Assembly (NCBI GenBank): GCA_963765145.1
Contig: CAVXVG010000036.1
Coordinates: 21,003 to 85,002, forward strand
Length of the DNA: 64,000 nt
Direction: 5' to 3'
Source: Parachlamydiales bacterium
Lineage (GTDB): Bacteria; Chlamydiota; Chlamydiia; Chlamydiales; JAJFMK01
Shown here in pieces: positions 49,772-59,241 of the stretch. The stretch's first letter is position 1. Each line of letters opens with the position of its first letter. Made by a program: the position numbers and the translations under genes. Under the pieces are notes generated by a model. That model did no database searches, was not told the origin of the DNA, and saw only the letters and a list, made by a program, of their open reading frames with translations.

Positions 49772-50140
49772 ATGATGGCGTTTTCTTTTCCCCCTTTTGG
49801 AATACCAAAAACCGGCGATTTCCATTCGGTTTTATTTAAAATCAAATCAGTTCTTCCTGAAGGTCCTTATACCGAATCTGTCAAAAGCGGAATTGACGAC
49901 TATGCTCCGATTGTTGGTCGATTAGCTTTTGCTGCATTACGTCTGATGGACTTGAGTCCCTCTACATACCGCTATAGCGCGGCAGTTTCTCTTGCAGCAG
50001 GAGGATACGATCTATTCAGAGGCTCTTATAATGATGGAGCTGTTTCTGTTGGACGTGCGATCGCAAGTTTAATGGGATTGGGATCTTATCTAGTAGTAGC
50101 CGACATCGCCGTCACCTACATGCAAGAATTCAGAAAATAG
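49772..50140 (+). CDS. Small hydrophobic hypothetical protein
   Basis: 122-aa ORF with Gly/Ala-rich hydrophobic helices. Confidence 0.55.
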   Translation: MMAFSFPPFGIPKTGDFHSVLFKIKSVLPEGPYTESVKSGIDDYAPIVGRLAFAALRLMDLSPSTYRYSAAVSLAAGGYDLFRGSYNDGAVSVGRAIASLMGLGSYLVVADIAVTYMQEFRK

Positions 50141-50147
50141 CACAAGA

Positions 50148-50259
50148 AATGTAGCTTAGGCTTTACCTCGAGCTTGTTTTGCAGGACTCAGAGTCCTGCC
50201 CCCAGTGTTGCGGGTTAAAACCCGCAAAAACGAACTCAGGCTAAAGCCTAAGCTACATT
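50148..50259. repeat. Palindromic element with AATGTAGCTTAGGCTTTA ends
   Basis: Perfect 18-bp ends, matching the outer ends of 23457-24062. Two internal hairpins. Confidence 0.85.
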
Positions 50260-50267
50260 CATGAACA

Positions 50268-50987
50268 CTAAAGGGTAAAGTCTTCGCCGAGGTAGGCGCG
50301 GCGGGCAATAGGGTTGGCCACTAGCTCTTGCGGTGTGCCGGAAAGCAAAACACGCCCCCCCTCTACGATGTAACTGCGGTCGACACAAGAAAGGATTTCC
50401 CGGGCGTTATGGTCGGTGATTAGTACAGAAATACCCTTTTCAGATAGATGAGCAATGAGATCCTTAACATCGGCAATCGATTTGGGGTCGATGTTAGCAA
50501 ATGGCTCGTCCAATAAAAGAAAAGTTGGCCTTGTCACCAATGAACGGGTGATTTCAAGACGGCGCCTCTCTCCACCAGACAATGTCCCTGCCTTTTTCTT
50601 CGCAAGCGCAGTTAAATTTAACTCTTCTAAATGCTCTTTCAACCGCCTCTTTCTTTCTTTACTCGATAGTGGCAAAGCTTCTAGCACCAACAGAATGTTT
50701 TGTTCAACAGTCAGCGTAGGAAAAATGGAAGGCTCTTGGGCCAAATAGCCCATGCCTAAGCGGGCGCGCTCATGGATCGGCAGATGGGTGACATCGGAAC
50801 CTAAAAAAATCACACGGCCACTATCAGGACGTATCAGCCCCATAGTCATGTAGAAAGCAGTTGTTTTGCCCGCGCCATTTGGCCCAAGCAAAGCAACTAC
50901 TTCCCCTTTTGCTACTTCAAAAGAGAGAGTGTCGACAACCAGTCTGTGGCCAAAGCGTTTCACTAGCCCTTCTACTTTCAGACTCAT
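50268..50987 (-). CDS. lptB: LPS export ABC transporter ATPase
   Basis: GPNGAGKTT, LSGGERRRLEI, LDEPFA, ITDHN and YLGEDF. Confidence 0.95.
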   Translation of the reverse strand: MSLKVEGLVKRFGHRLVVDTLSFEVAKGEVVALLGPNGAGKTTAFYMTMGLIRPDSGRVIFLGSDVTHLPIHERARLGMGYLAQEPSIFPTLTVEQNILLVLEALPLSSKERKRRLKEHLEELNLTALAKKKAGTLSGGERRRLEITRSLVTRPTFLLLDEPFANIDPKSIADVKDLIAHLSEKGISVLITDHNAREILSCVDRSYIVEGGRVLLSGTPQELVANPIARRAYLGEDFTL

Positions 50988-51973
50988 TTTTTCGCCCCTT
51001 TAATGTCTCTAAGAGTAGAGATATTCATCTCTCCTCTCCCCTCCATCCCTTTAATATCCCCCTCTTCATCGAATTGAAAAGAAAGGGCATCGACATCCAT
51101 CACAATACCATGGGTTTTATCGACAAAATGGACTCTGGTTTCACCCATACCCGAAAGTAATCCCTCTTTAGTGTCTAAATGGATATCCAATTGATCTGCC
51201 GTACCGGTTTGGATCGCTTCGCCCCCTTTAACGAGTCGGTGAGTCAATATGACTCCTTCTCCTAAATGGAAATCGGAAAAATCACCATCTTTCAGGTCAG
51301 CATCAAGGGAGCGCCCTTCAACAACAAATTGTTCCGACTCTCCGATGATCTTTCCATTTTTGAGCTCAAGATGATCGTCTTTCAGACAAAGATCCCCTTC
51401 AAAAGGAAAAGACCAGCCACTATCGAGAGTCAAACGGCCACTTTTTGAAGTTAACCCCTTATTTTGAGAGTAAAAAATGGCAGAGGTTTCAAAATGGAAA
51501 GGCTTTTCTCCTTTTTTTCCACTCCCACTCACTCCACCATCTAAAATGCAAACGGGAGGTGAGGACTGGAGAAAAAATTCTCCCCTCCGAGCATTTAAAG
51601 AGAGCTGGTCTCGATCTTGGACAAAAAGGTGCGCAGCCTCAAGCCGTTTGTCGTGGAAAAAAAAGGTAGCCTGTTTTGCCGAAAAAGTGTGGGTTTCCCA
51701 CTCTCCTTTGACCTCTGACCATTTTTCTGTCCATTCACCAAACCCTTTTCTTGGAGCGACTAAAATGGCTTTATCACAGGCAATTTCCCACTTCTCTCCC
51801 CTATTTGGATAGACCTCTTTTACAACACCCAAGCGGTTGTAGGATGAGCTTTCAGGAGGTGTTGCCGGGGCAAAAACATAAGGCTCTTGCGGAAAATAAA
51901 GATAAAAGGCGATAGCTCCTGCTATCAGAAGCCATGTGGGCAACAATAAAATGAAATAACTACGCCGAAACAT
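50984..51973 (-). CDS. LptA/LptC-like beta-jellyroll protein
   Basis: N-terminal TM anchor and beta-rich body; lies between kdsA and lptB. Confidence 0.6.
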   Translation of the reverse strand: MFRRSYFILLLPTWLLIAGAIAFYLYFPQEPYVFAPATPPESSSYNRLGVVKEVYPNRGEKWEIACDKAILVAPRKGFGEWTEKWSEVKGEWETHTFSAKQATFFFHDKRLEAAHLFVQDRDQLSLNARRGEFFLQSSPPVCILDGGVSGSGKKGEKPFHFETSAIFYSQNKGLTSKSGRLTLDSGWSFPFEGDLCLKDDHLELKNGKIIGESEQFVVEGRSLDADLKDGDFSDFHLGEGVILTHRLVKGGEAIQTGTADQLDIHLDTKEGLLSGMGETRVHFVDKTHGIVMDVDALSFQFDEEGDIKGMEGRGEMNISTLRDIKGAKK

Positions 51974-52802
51974 GCATTTCAATCTCTTCCTGCACATGTT
52001 CGTAAAGCCTTTTGAGCTCTAGTAACAGAGAGGGAAGTTCGGAAAAAGGAATTTGCGAAGCTTTATCGCTTTTTGCCTCTTGTGGATTGGGGTGCGCTTC
52101 CATGAACAAGAAATTAGCGCCCACTGCAAGTGCCGCTTTTGCAAGGTAAGGGATAAACTCTCGTTGCCCACCGGAAGAGGTGCCGTTTCCGCCTGGCAAT
52201 TGCACAGAATGGGTTGCATCAAAGCCAACCGGATACCCCAATTTTTGCATGATCGGAATGGAACGGAAATCGCTAACTAGGTTGTTATAGCCAAACGTTG
52301 TTCCCCGATCGACCAAAAGGAGATTCTCATTGTTTTGCGAGGTGACCTTGTGAACGACCTGCTCCATGTCCCAAGGGGCCATGAATTGCCCTTTTTTCAC
52401 CTCGACGACTCGACCTGTTTGAGCTGCTGCAACAATTAAATCGGTCTGGCGAGATAAAAAGGCTGGGATTTGCAGAATATCGATGACTTCTGCGGCCATT
52501 TTAGCTTCTTCAACTGTATGGATATCTGTGACGACAGGAACATCAAATTCGTTTTTTACTTTTTCCATGATGCGCAACCCTTCATCGATCCCCACGCCGC
52601 GGAATCCATGGACAGAGGAGCGGTTGGCTTTATCGTAGCTGGCCTTGAACACAAGACCAAGTCCGAGCTTGTCAAACAAATCCTTCAAAAAAGAGGCGGT
52701 TTGAAGAGTAAATTCTTCCCCTTCAATCACGCAAGGACCACATAGTAACACCAGTGGCGATTTGGGCCCGATGGTCAACCGACCGATTTTAACATCACGC
52801 AT
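51960..52802 (-). CDS. kdsA: KDO 8-phosphate synthase
   Basis: GPCVIE, KASYDKANRSS, QIPAFLSRQTD, KKGQF and DATHSVQ. Confidence 0.97.
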   Translation of the reverse strand: MRDVKIGRLTIGPKSPLVLLCGPCVIEGEEFTLQTASFLKDLFDKLGLGLVFKASYDKANRSSVHGFRGVGIDEGLRIMEKVKNEFDVPVVTDIHTVEEAKMAAEVIDILQIPAFLSRQTDLIVAAAQTGRVVEVKKGQFMAPWDMEQVVHKVTSQNNENLLLVDRGTTFGYNNLVSDFRSIPIMQKLGYPVGFDATHSVQLPGGNGTSSGGQREFIPYLAKAALAVGANFLFMEAHPNPQEAKSDKASQIPFSELPSLLLELKRLYEHVQEEIEMHVSA

Positions 52803-52871
52803 AAGAGACAAGATAATAACAGATACAACAGTTCGATGGAATCACGATAAGCAAAGTTTTTTTACAGAATC

Positions 52872-53189
52872 AACGATCAAAACGATGCAACGATGAACTC
52901 GGCATCTCAAAAAACCTATGGGAAAAACAGAAAAATAACAGGGTGAACAGGATGAACAGGATAAGCTCTGACCACCAAGCAGTGTCATTAGTAAGAATAA
53001 AATGAAGAGAGGGCTTCGCCTATTGACTAGTTTTTCATGGCGAAGCCACTCTGTTTTATTTGTTTTTTACAAATGACACTGCTTGGTGGGCAGAGCTTAT
53101 CCTGTTCATCCTGTTCACCCTGTTATTTTTTACTGGATGCTTTTTCCTAATGGCTTTTGAGGCTTTATCGTTCTTATCGTTGTATCGTT
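52872..53189. repeat. Nested palindromic element (AACAGGATG nonamer arms inside AACGATGCA arms)
   Basis: Inner arms 52931-~52988 / ~53072-53130. Outer AACGAT repeats at 52872-52897 and 53167-53189. Confidence 0.85.
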
Positions 53190-53277
53190 AGCTTGACAAC
53201 GAGAGATATTCATACAACCTTTTTAAGGTGTTGATTAATTGCCAAATTACAGTAAAATCCTGTAGGTTCACCTTTCT

Positions 53278-53350
53278 GGACCGATAGCTCAGTGGATAGA
53301 GCATCCGCCTTCTAAGCGGATGGTCGTAGGTTCGATCCCTACTCGGTCCG
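53278..53350 (+). tRNA. tRNA-Arg(TCT)
   Basis: Acceptor GGACCGA/TCGGTCC, anticodon arm TCCGC-CTTCTAA-GCGGA and T-loop GGTTCGATCC. CCA is not encoded. Confidence 0.96.
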
Positions 53351-53363
53351 ATAGATTTAATTT

Positions 53364-55976
53364 ATGACAGAAAAGGTCCCACTTTTAGGGGAAATAGTAC
53401 TCCCCACTTCTTTCTTTGCCGGTATAGAGGCAAAGATTGCTCTTTTTCAAGAAAAGCCATTTCAAGAATTGTCTTCACGCCATCGCTTTCGACTGATCAA
53501 TTCCTATTTGCTCGAGCTCATTCAAGAAGAACCTGATAGCAAATTTTTACTTCCGGCTGTTTTAGACTACATACGCCGTGTAAACGAATTAAGAATCTAC
53601 GAAGAGCCTTACACCCTGTCTCTGTTCGAATTTTGGCTTAATCTTTTCTCAGAGCTTTCACCTGAAGACCTTCAACACATCCGGGGAAAAATTGTAGGAA
53701 AAATGATTCCGCGGGAAGGTTATCAAGCCCTTTTTCCCATTGGAATGAGCAAAACATATAGCGGCTCCCACTTTGTTGCAGCCCACTTGTCACCCGATAT
53801 CGACACCACGGTTGCATCGTTTTTTGGGTGGCTAGATGCATTTGGAGCCAAAGTAGGCGAAGCTTTACACCTATGGTATGTACCAGGCGGCCCTTCAGAC
53901 AACCAAATTCTGCGATTGTTCGACTCTTTATTTGGGCCGGGCATCTTTCAATATGTCGCAAGAACCTCCATAGGTTTAAGCGTTGCGGCACAAGACCTTT
54001 TGACTCAAAAAGGGATGATCAAAACCAAGGGAAACACCTCAACTTTTGACATCGACCATACCATTCCTGACAAGGCTTTAGTCTATGTCGACGATGCAGG
54101 CTACTATCTTGGCGACTGGCGGGTAGAAGATATCGAACTGATTCGGCATATTGGCAACAGCTTTAAAACCCTGTTACACACATTTGAAAATAGTTTTCAC
54201 ATCGACATCATTTCTTTATTTTCAAAAGAAAAACTCAACGTTTCCCATTTCCCTCAATTTCTAAAGACACTTTTTGAAGAAAAAATCGAAACAAACAGCG
54301 CTGTCAAAGAACTAGGGCCTCAAGATACAGAGAAGTTTTCTCTTTTCCTAACCGAAGTTCTTAAAGTCGAAAAGGGGTTAAACGCCTCTTTTGCAGAGCT
54401 TTTGCAGGCACTTGGATATGCAGGCATCGAAGAGGCGCCAAAGTTTTATAGAGAAGTGCAATCTCTGCCCAGCTCTTCCCTTTTTGGGTCTGAAGGGGAA
54501 TTGATTGAAAACAGAACCAATATTTTCCATGTTTTGGAAAAGCTGATTGAGCTGCTTGACATTGCCATAAAAAGGGCAAGGGGACTTGTCGATCGGCTAG
54601 ACATCGTCATGCTCATCAAAGAAATGGTGCTTAAAATAGCCTCCCCTTATCTGACAATGAAAAACGATGTCGATGAGATCAAAGAAAAAATGCGCAATTA
54701 CAACAGCTTGACCGTTGTGATCCCGGAAGCAGGTGGAAGACTTTTCCCCGTTGGCGTGGTCAAAGCCTCTGAACTGCGCAAAGACACCCTCGGCACTGTT
54801 TCTTTAAGAGATTTTAGCAATCTGCAAGAAATTCACATGCCTTCCTATTTGCAGGTCATCAGCGTTGTCGATCACCACAAAATTAGCCTGACAACCCTTT
54901 CTCAACCTCAAATTTTGATGGGGGATGCCCAATCTTGCAACATTCTTTTGGCAGAAGTGGCTTTCAAAATAAACGATGCCTTTTCTCTTGGCGGAATGAC
55001 TATAGAAGCGATTGAGCTGCAGCTAAAAGAACTGCAAAACGGCCCCATGAACGAAAAAACGATCCGTTTGCTTGAAAGGGTTCTGTCACGGAAAAAAGCT
55101 TCTCAAAACGGACACTTCTGGGTGGCTAAAGAGAGAGAATGGTCAGAATATTACACCTTCATTCAAGCTATTTTAGATGACACCGACCTACTTTCTAAAG
55201 TGTCAGATCGGGATGTGTTGACCATTGCTTCTCTTTTGAACCGTTTAAAATCGTTGTCGGTTGGCAAAGAGGTAGAAATCATTGATCTCTCTGACCTACC
55301 ACGAGACAGCTCTTTTGCCAAGAAAGGGGCTGAACGGATTTTAAAGAACAACGAAATGTACTCGATCTATAAAAGGATCTACGACCTCAGAGAAGGGGAA
55401 ATTGAAGAAAGTATGCTCCTTTCATCTAAAGGACTCCCCTCCAATTTCTTTGCCGACACTAAAGAACAAAACGTTTGCTGCAGAGTGGGGCAAACCAAAC
55501 TGTTTGCAGACAACTTTAAGACCTACAACAGCGTAGAACTTGCTCTTAAAGAGCGATGGTTTCATGAAGCCCGAGAGAAAACAAAAAACCACCCGATGGT
55601 CGATTTTCATCTCCATATGCTTAGCACCATCCCTTCGGCCGAATCGGTCCACCAAGAGGGGCTTGATCTAAAGCAAGACCACTTCGATGAGATCTGGTTT
55701 TGGATTTCCGGGACTCAAGAGTCAGAATACCACCTCTCCCGCTTTTTATCGGGATTTCGAGGATCTAAAGAGGCAAAAAACAACACTTTTACTTTAGAGA
55801 TTTTTGGCAAAAATGGCCCTAACTATCGAGAGATCTTCAAAAAGGATTTCCTCGAATGTAAAATTGTCGAAAAAAACAACGGCCCTTCGATTCAAATCGC
55901 CGTATTGAAGTTCAAGCCGGGCTCCATTAATTCAAGAAAGTCTTCAATTACCCCCTTTCTACCTAGACAACTTTAG
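53364..55976 (+). CDS. DHH-family phosphoesterase resembling CBS-containing family II pyrophosphatase
   Basis: HLSPDIDT, VVDHHK, AILDDT and DTKE...VGQ motifs in PpaC order, with large insertions. Confidence 0.65.
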   Translation: MTEKVPLLGEIVLPTSFFAGIEAKIALFQEKPFQELSSRHRFRLINSYLLELIQEEPDSKFLLPAVLDYIRRVNELRIYEEPYTLSLFEFWLNLFSELSPEDLQHIRGKIVGKMIPREGYQALFPIGMSKTYSGSHFVAAHLSPDIDTTVASFFGWLDAFGAKVGEALHLWYVPGGPSDNQILRLFDSLFGPGIFQYVARTSIGLSVAAQDLLTQKGMIKTKGNTSTFDIDHTIPDKALVYVDDAGYYLGDWRVEDIELIRHIGNSFKTLLHTFENSFHIDIISLFSKEKLNVSHFPQFLKTLFEEKIETNSAVKELGPQDTEKFSLFLTEVLKVEKGLNASFAELLQALGYAGIEEAPKFYREVQSLPSSSLFGSEGELIENRTNIFHVLEKLIELLDIAIKRARGLVDRLDIVMLIKEMVLKIASPYLTMKNDVDEIKEKMRNYNSLTVVIPEAGGRLFPVGVVKASELRKDTLGTVSLRDFSNLQEIHMPSYLQVISVVDHHKISLTTLSQPQILMGDAQSCNILLAEVAFKINDAFSLGGMTIEAIELQLKELQNGPMNEKTIRLLERVLSRKKASQNGHFWVAKEREWSEYYTFIQAILDDTDLLSKVSDRDVLTIASLLNRLKSLSVGKEVEIIDLSDLPRDSSFAKKGAERILKNNEMYSIYKRIYDLREGEIEESMLLSSKGLPSNFFADTKEQNVCCRVGQTKLFADNFKTYNSVELALKERWFHEAREKTKNHPMVDFHLHMLSTIPSAESVHQEGLDLKQDHFDEIWFWISGTQESEYHLSRFLSGFRGSKEAKNNTFTLEIFGKNGPNYREIFKKDFLECKIVEKNNGPSIQIAVLKFKPGSINSRKSSITPFLPRQL

Positions 55977-56016
55977 ATAATTAACGTTATAATTATCTTT
56001 TAAAATTCAGGCTGAT

Positions 56017-58397
56017 ATGTCCATTTTATATACCATTGCCACCTTCCCCATTCGAGCCGTTTATTCCGCAGCGACTTTCATTGCGAGCGCCCTATTTTCT
56101 CTTGTTAAAAAGGTAAGCGACCTTGCAACCGCTAGGTTTTCTCCAAAGCCTCCTGTTCCAGATGCAAATTTTGACGAAAGGGATTGGGTCATCATTAACA
56201 AAGATGACGTAGAAGAAGATCCAGCTCAACCTCAAGCCGAACCAATTGTTCCACCATCCTCGCCTTCTGAAGTGACTCCATCTGCCGATTCAAGTAATAG
56301 CGATTTGACTGTTCTTGCGCCATATCCAGAGCCAATACCACATCTTCGCGACACTCTGCCTACAATCAACCCATGTCATGCTGACGCACCCCAACCAAAA
56401 CCGCAGCGCAAACCTTCTACAGGCAGCGATTCGGGAAACGGATCAGCAACACCTCCTTCAAATGAACATACCCCGGTCGAGGATTTCGAAGGCTCAGAAA
56501 GCTCCTCTGCATACGGCTCGGACCAAGAAGACGAAGGCTTTGGAGTAGATGATCTCTTTGAAACAGCTGGACACTCTAATGAATACCCATTCGAAGAAAC
56601 CGAAGGGCATCAATCAGGTCTTTTGGGGTCTTCAGTCATTATGGTAGAACGCGCAGACCCACAAACTACTCTTAGAACCCATTTAGAATCGATTGTTGAC
56701 GCTGATCAAGTTCAACCCCTACTTGATAAACTATATGGGCAATTTGTAGAAATCACAGCAGAAGGTGGCCCTTTTGAAAAGAAGGCCGAAGCCTATGTTA
56801 ATCAATTAACCGATAAACCATTGATTTGGGAAAGTGACAGTTACGAGTTCGACATTAAAAATGGCTATATCATTATCTCTCGGGCATTTAGCTACGCCCA
56901 CTTCGATCCAGTCCAAGGCCAATGGGCTATTCCTATCGACGAAAACGATCCCGCTCCTAGCTTTTCCATTGATCACATCAAAAACTGGCGCTTCAGAAAA
57001 TTCCTTTCCACCTTCCACCATCTTTTGGAATCAACAAAAAAATTTAGAAAATTTGATCAGACCAACAAACTAGGCCAGCAACTTCAACAAGTTATGAAGG
57101 ATTTATATGCAGGAGAAGCTGCTGCAGATGAAGGAGCGATCTTTGAACAGTGGCAACTTTTTGAAGAGGATTTAAGAGAAGCATGTGTAACTGCTCAAAC
57201 TGCCAAACCCAACGTCAACCAAACAAATCTTTTAAATGCAATAGTTTTGGCCTTTTACGAGAATCCTCAACGGAAATTTCATCAGTTTCTCCACGCCTCG
57301 CTCATTCAAGAAGGAAAGGAGCCTCTCAATTGCGGCATCAAAGCAACCTTTAAAGCCTACGAAGAAAATAAAAACAACTTAGGGACACGTGCAGTAGCAG
57401 TTAATGACAACAAATCGGTTAACGATGCATTCGGTTATTGCAATCTACTCAATATTGGAAGGCTACCCTATCCACTCATCACTTTTGACATTTTAGACAA
57501 GCAGATTGTTCTCTATTCGATGGGCACACCAACAATAGAAGAAAGAACAGGTGAATGCTTTATTCACCCATTTTTGCCCATTGGAAAAAGCTTAAAGAGG
57601 ATGATGGTTTTAAATTCATTTATAACAACTTGCAACCTCTTCAAGTAGATACAAGCACCCTCACCAAACAAGTTATGGCTTTATCTGCAGCCTATTTAGG
57701 AACAAAAGACGAATCAAGACGGGCCAACGCACTGAAGTATTTCTTGCAAAAAAGCTTCATGGCTTACCCTGCAGATGGGGAGTGGTACAATGGTGGTAAA
57801 GATGAAAGTCTCGGTATCGAAGTTGTAAAGGGAAATGCCTTACACGCATTAACCAACTTAGCCAAAGAACCGATCGTTGCTTATCCTGAGGAATGGAACA
57901 CATACAAAAAAACGGTTAAGGAAGTACTAGAATTAATAGCCGATGTCTTCTACCCCAACCAAGAATTTTTAAGCAAAGATGAGCGAAAAGTCTTTAATGA
58001 GTTGACCAAACCCTTTTTAGTGCTGATCATGCTGATCAACCACGACCCCGACATCATGAGCATCGTGTGTCGCGATGGGATGGACCGTGCCGGCATGCTG
58101 ATTGCTTTGACGAACTTGCTTACCGATATCATGAAGGGGAACATCTCGGTTGAAAACAAGGCCAAGACGGCTAACAGCCTCTATAATATTGTAGAAAGAC
58201 TTTGCTCTACCACCTTCTTAACAGCCGAGCAGGCCATTGAAGATGGCTCCGGCAGAAGAACACGGCTACTCGCTTGCTGGAAGCAGTTTGGCCTCAGCTT
58301 AGATAAACATGAGATTGAAGATTCAACCGTGCTTCAAAGGCTTATCAACCACAAAACCTTCCAAAAGCTAAAAGAGCAACTAAAGATCGCGGGATAG
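56017..58397 (+). CDS. Candidate CX5R phosphatase effector, split by a frameshift at T5 57571-57575
   Basis: Disordered acidic N-terminus and CRDGMDR at 58068-58088. One extra T fuses the two ORFs (IHPFFAHWKK). Confidence 0.65.
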
Positions 58398-58422
58398 ACT
58401 AGAAGGTTTCAAAGTACGCTAC

Positions 58423-58660
58423 AAACGCCTGAAAGGCGTTTCGGATTGTAGCCCAGGGTAAACGCAGTGCAACCCTGGGTTAAATTAAATAAAAATAGTG
58501 CACCCACGAATGTGGGTGCTGGATAATGCATTACCTATTTTCTCGGGTAGCTAGGTAACCGGCACCCACATTCGTGGGTGCACTATTTTGATGCGACAAT
58601 ATACCCAGGGTTACGCTTCGCTTACCCTGGGCTACAATCCGAAACGCCTTTCAGGCGTTT
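58423..58660. repeat. Palindromic element, family A, copy 3 (overlaps the khpA 3' end)
   Basis: Same arms and inner hairpins as 7899-8143. Confidence 0.92.
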
Positions 58661-58940
58661 TTTTGATGTTTCGCGGTCTAGGCGGGGGCGCGTCTTCGAC
58701 CCGTTTGCCATCTTCGAGGATTTCAAGATTGACACGGATGCCATTGCGACTAGCGACACTCATCAAAAGGGTGCGGATCGCATTGATGGTTTTTCCTTTC
58801 TTTCCGATAATTTTTCCGATATCTGACTTTTCGACTGATAGTTCGAGAATTAAGGTTTGAGTGCCACCAATCTCTTTGATCTCAACTTGATCTGGGTGGT
58901 CGACGAGGTTCTTAACGATGTAAGCAACAAATTCTTTCAT
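58632..58940 (-). CDS. khpA: KH-domain RNA-binding protein (KhpA/UPF0109)
   Basis: MKEFVAYIVKNLVDHPD...DIGKIIGKKGKTINAIRTL. Confidence 0.92.
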   Translation of the reverse strand: MKEFVAYIVKNLVDHPDQVEIKEIGGTQTLILELSVEKSDIGKIIGKKGKTINAIRTLLMSVASRNGIRVNLEILEDGKRVEDAPPPRPRNIKKTPERRFGL

Positions 58941-58986
58941 GAGCGGTCCTATAAGGCAATCCGGTTCCAAGGAGGTATCCACCTCC

Positions 58987-59151
58987 TAAGGGCCCATCCA
59001 ACAATAAATTGAACATCCGGGCTGCGCGAAAGCTCCCGCGGTTGAATGATCGAAAGTCGGTTCATATTTCTAATATTGACCGACTTTCGATCATTCAGCC
59101 CCGGGGCTTTGGCGCGCCCGGTTGTCCAATTTATTGTTGGACGGGCCCTAA
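58987..59151. mobile_element. 165-bp miniature inverted-repeat element
   Basis: GGGCCC(A/G)TCCAACAATAAATTG ends and a central ATGATCGAAAGTCGGT / ACCGACTTTCGATCAT hairpin. Confidence 0.85.
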
Positions 59152-59241
59152 GTGCAGAGCTTAGGCAATTGTCTATTTTGGTCCAACAAAAATTGTAGGG
59201 CCTTTTTTAACCAACTGAAAATGAACCCGTCGAATTCGCGT

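Noticed and set aside
53278..53350. tRNA as a prophage or island attachment site
   Set aside because: No integrase and no duplicated tRNA 3' end were seen in the window.
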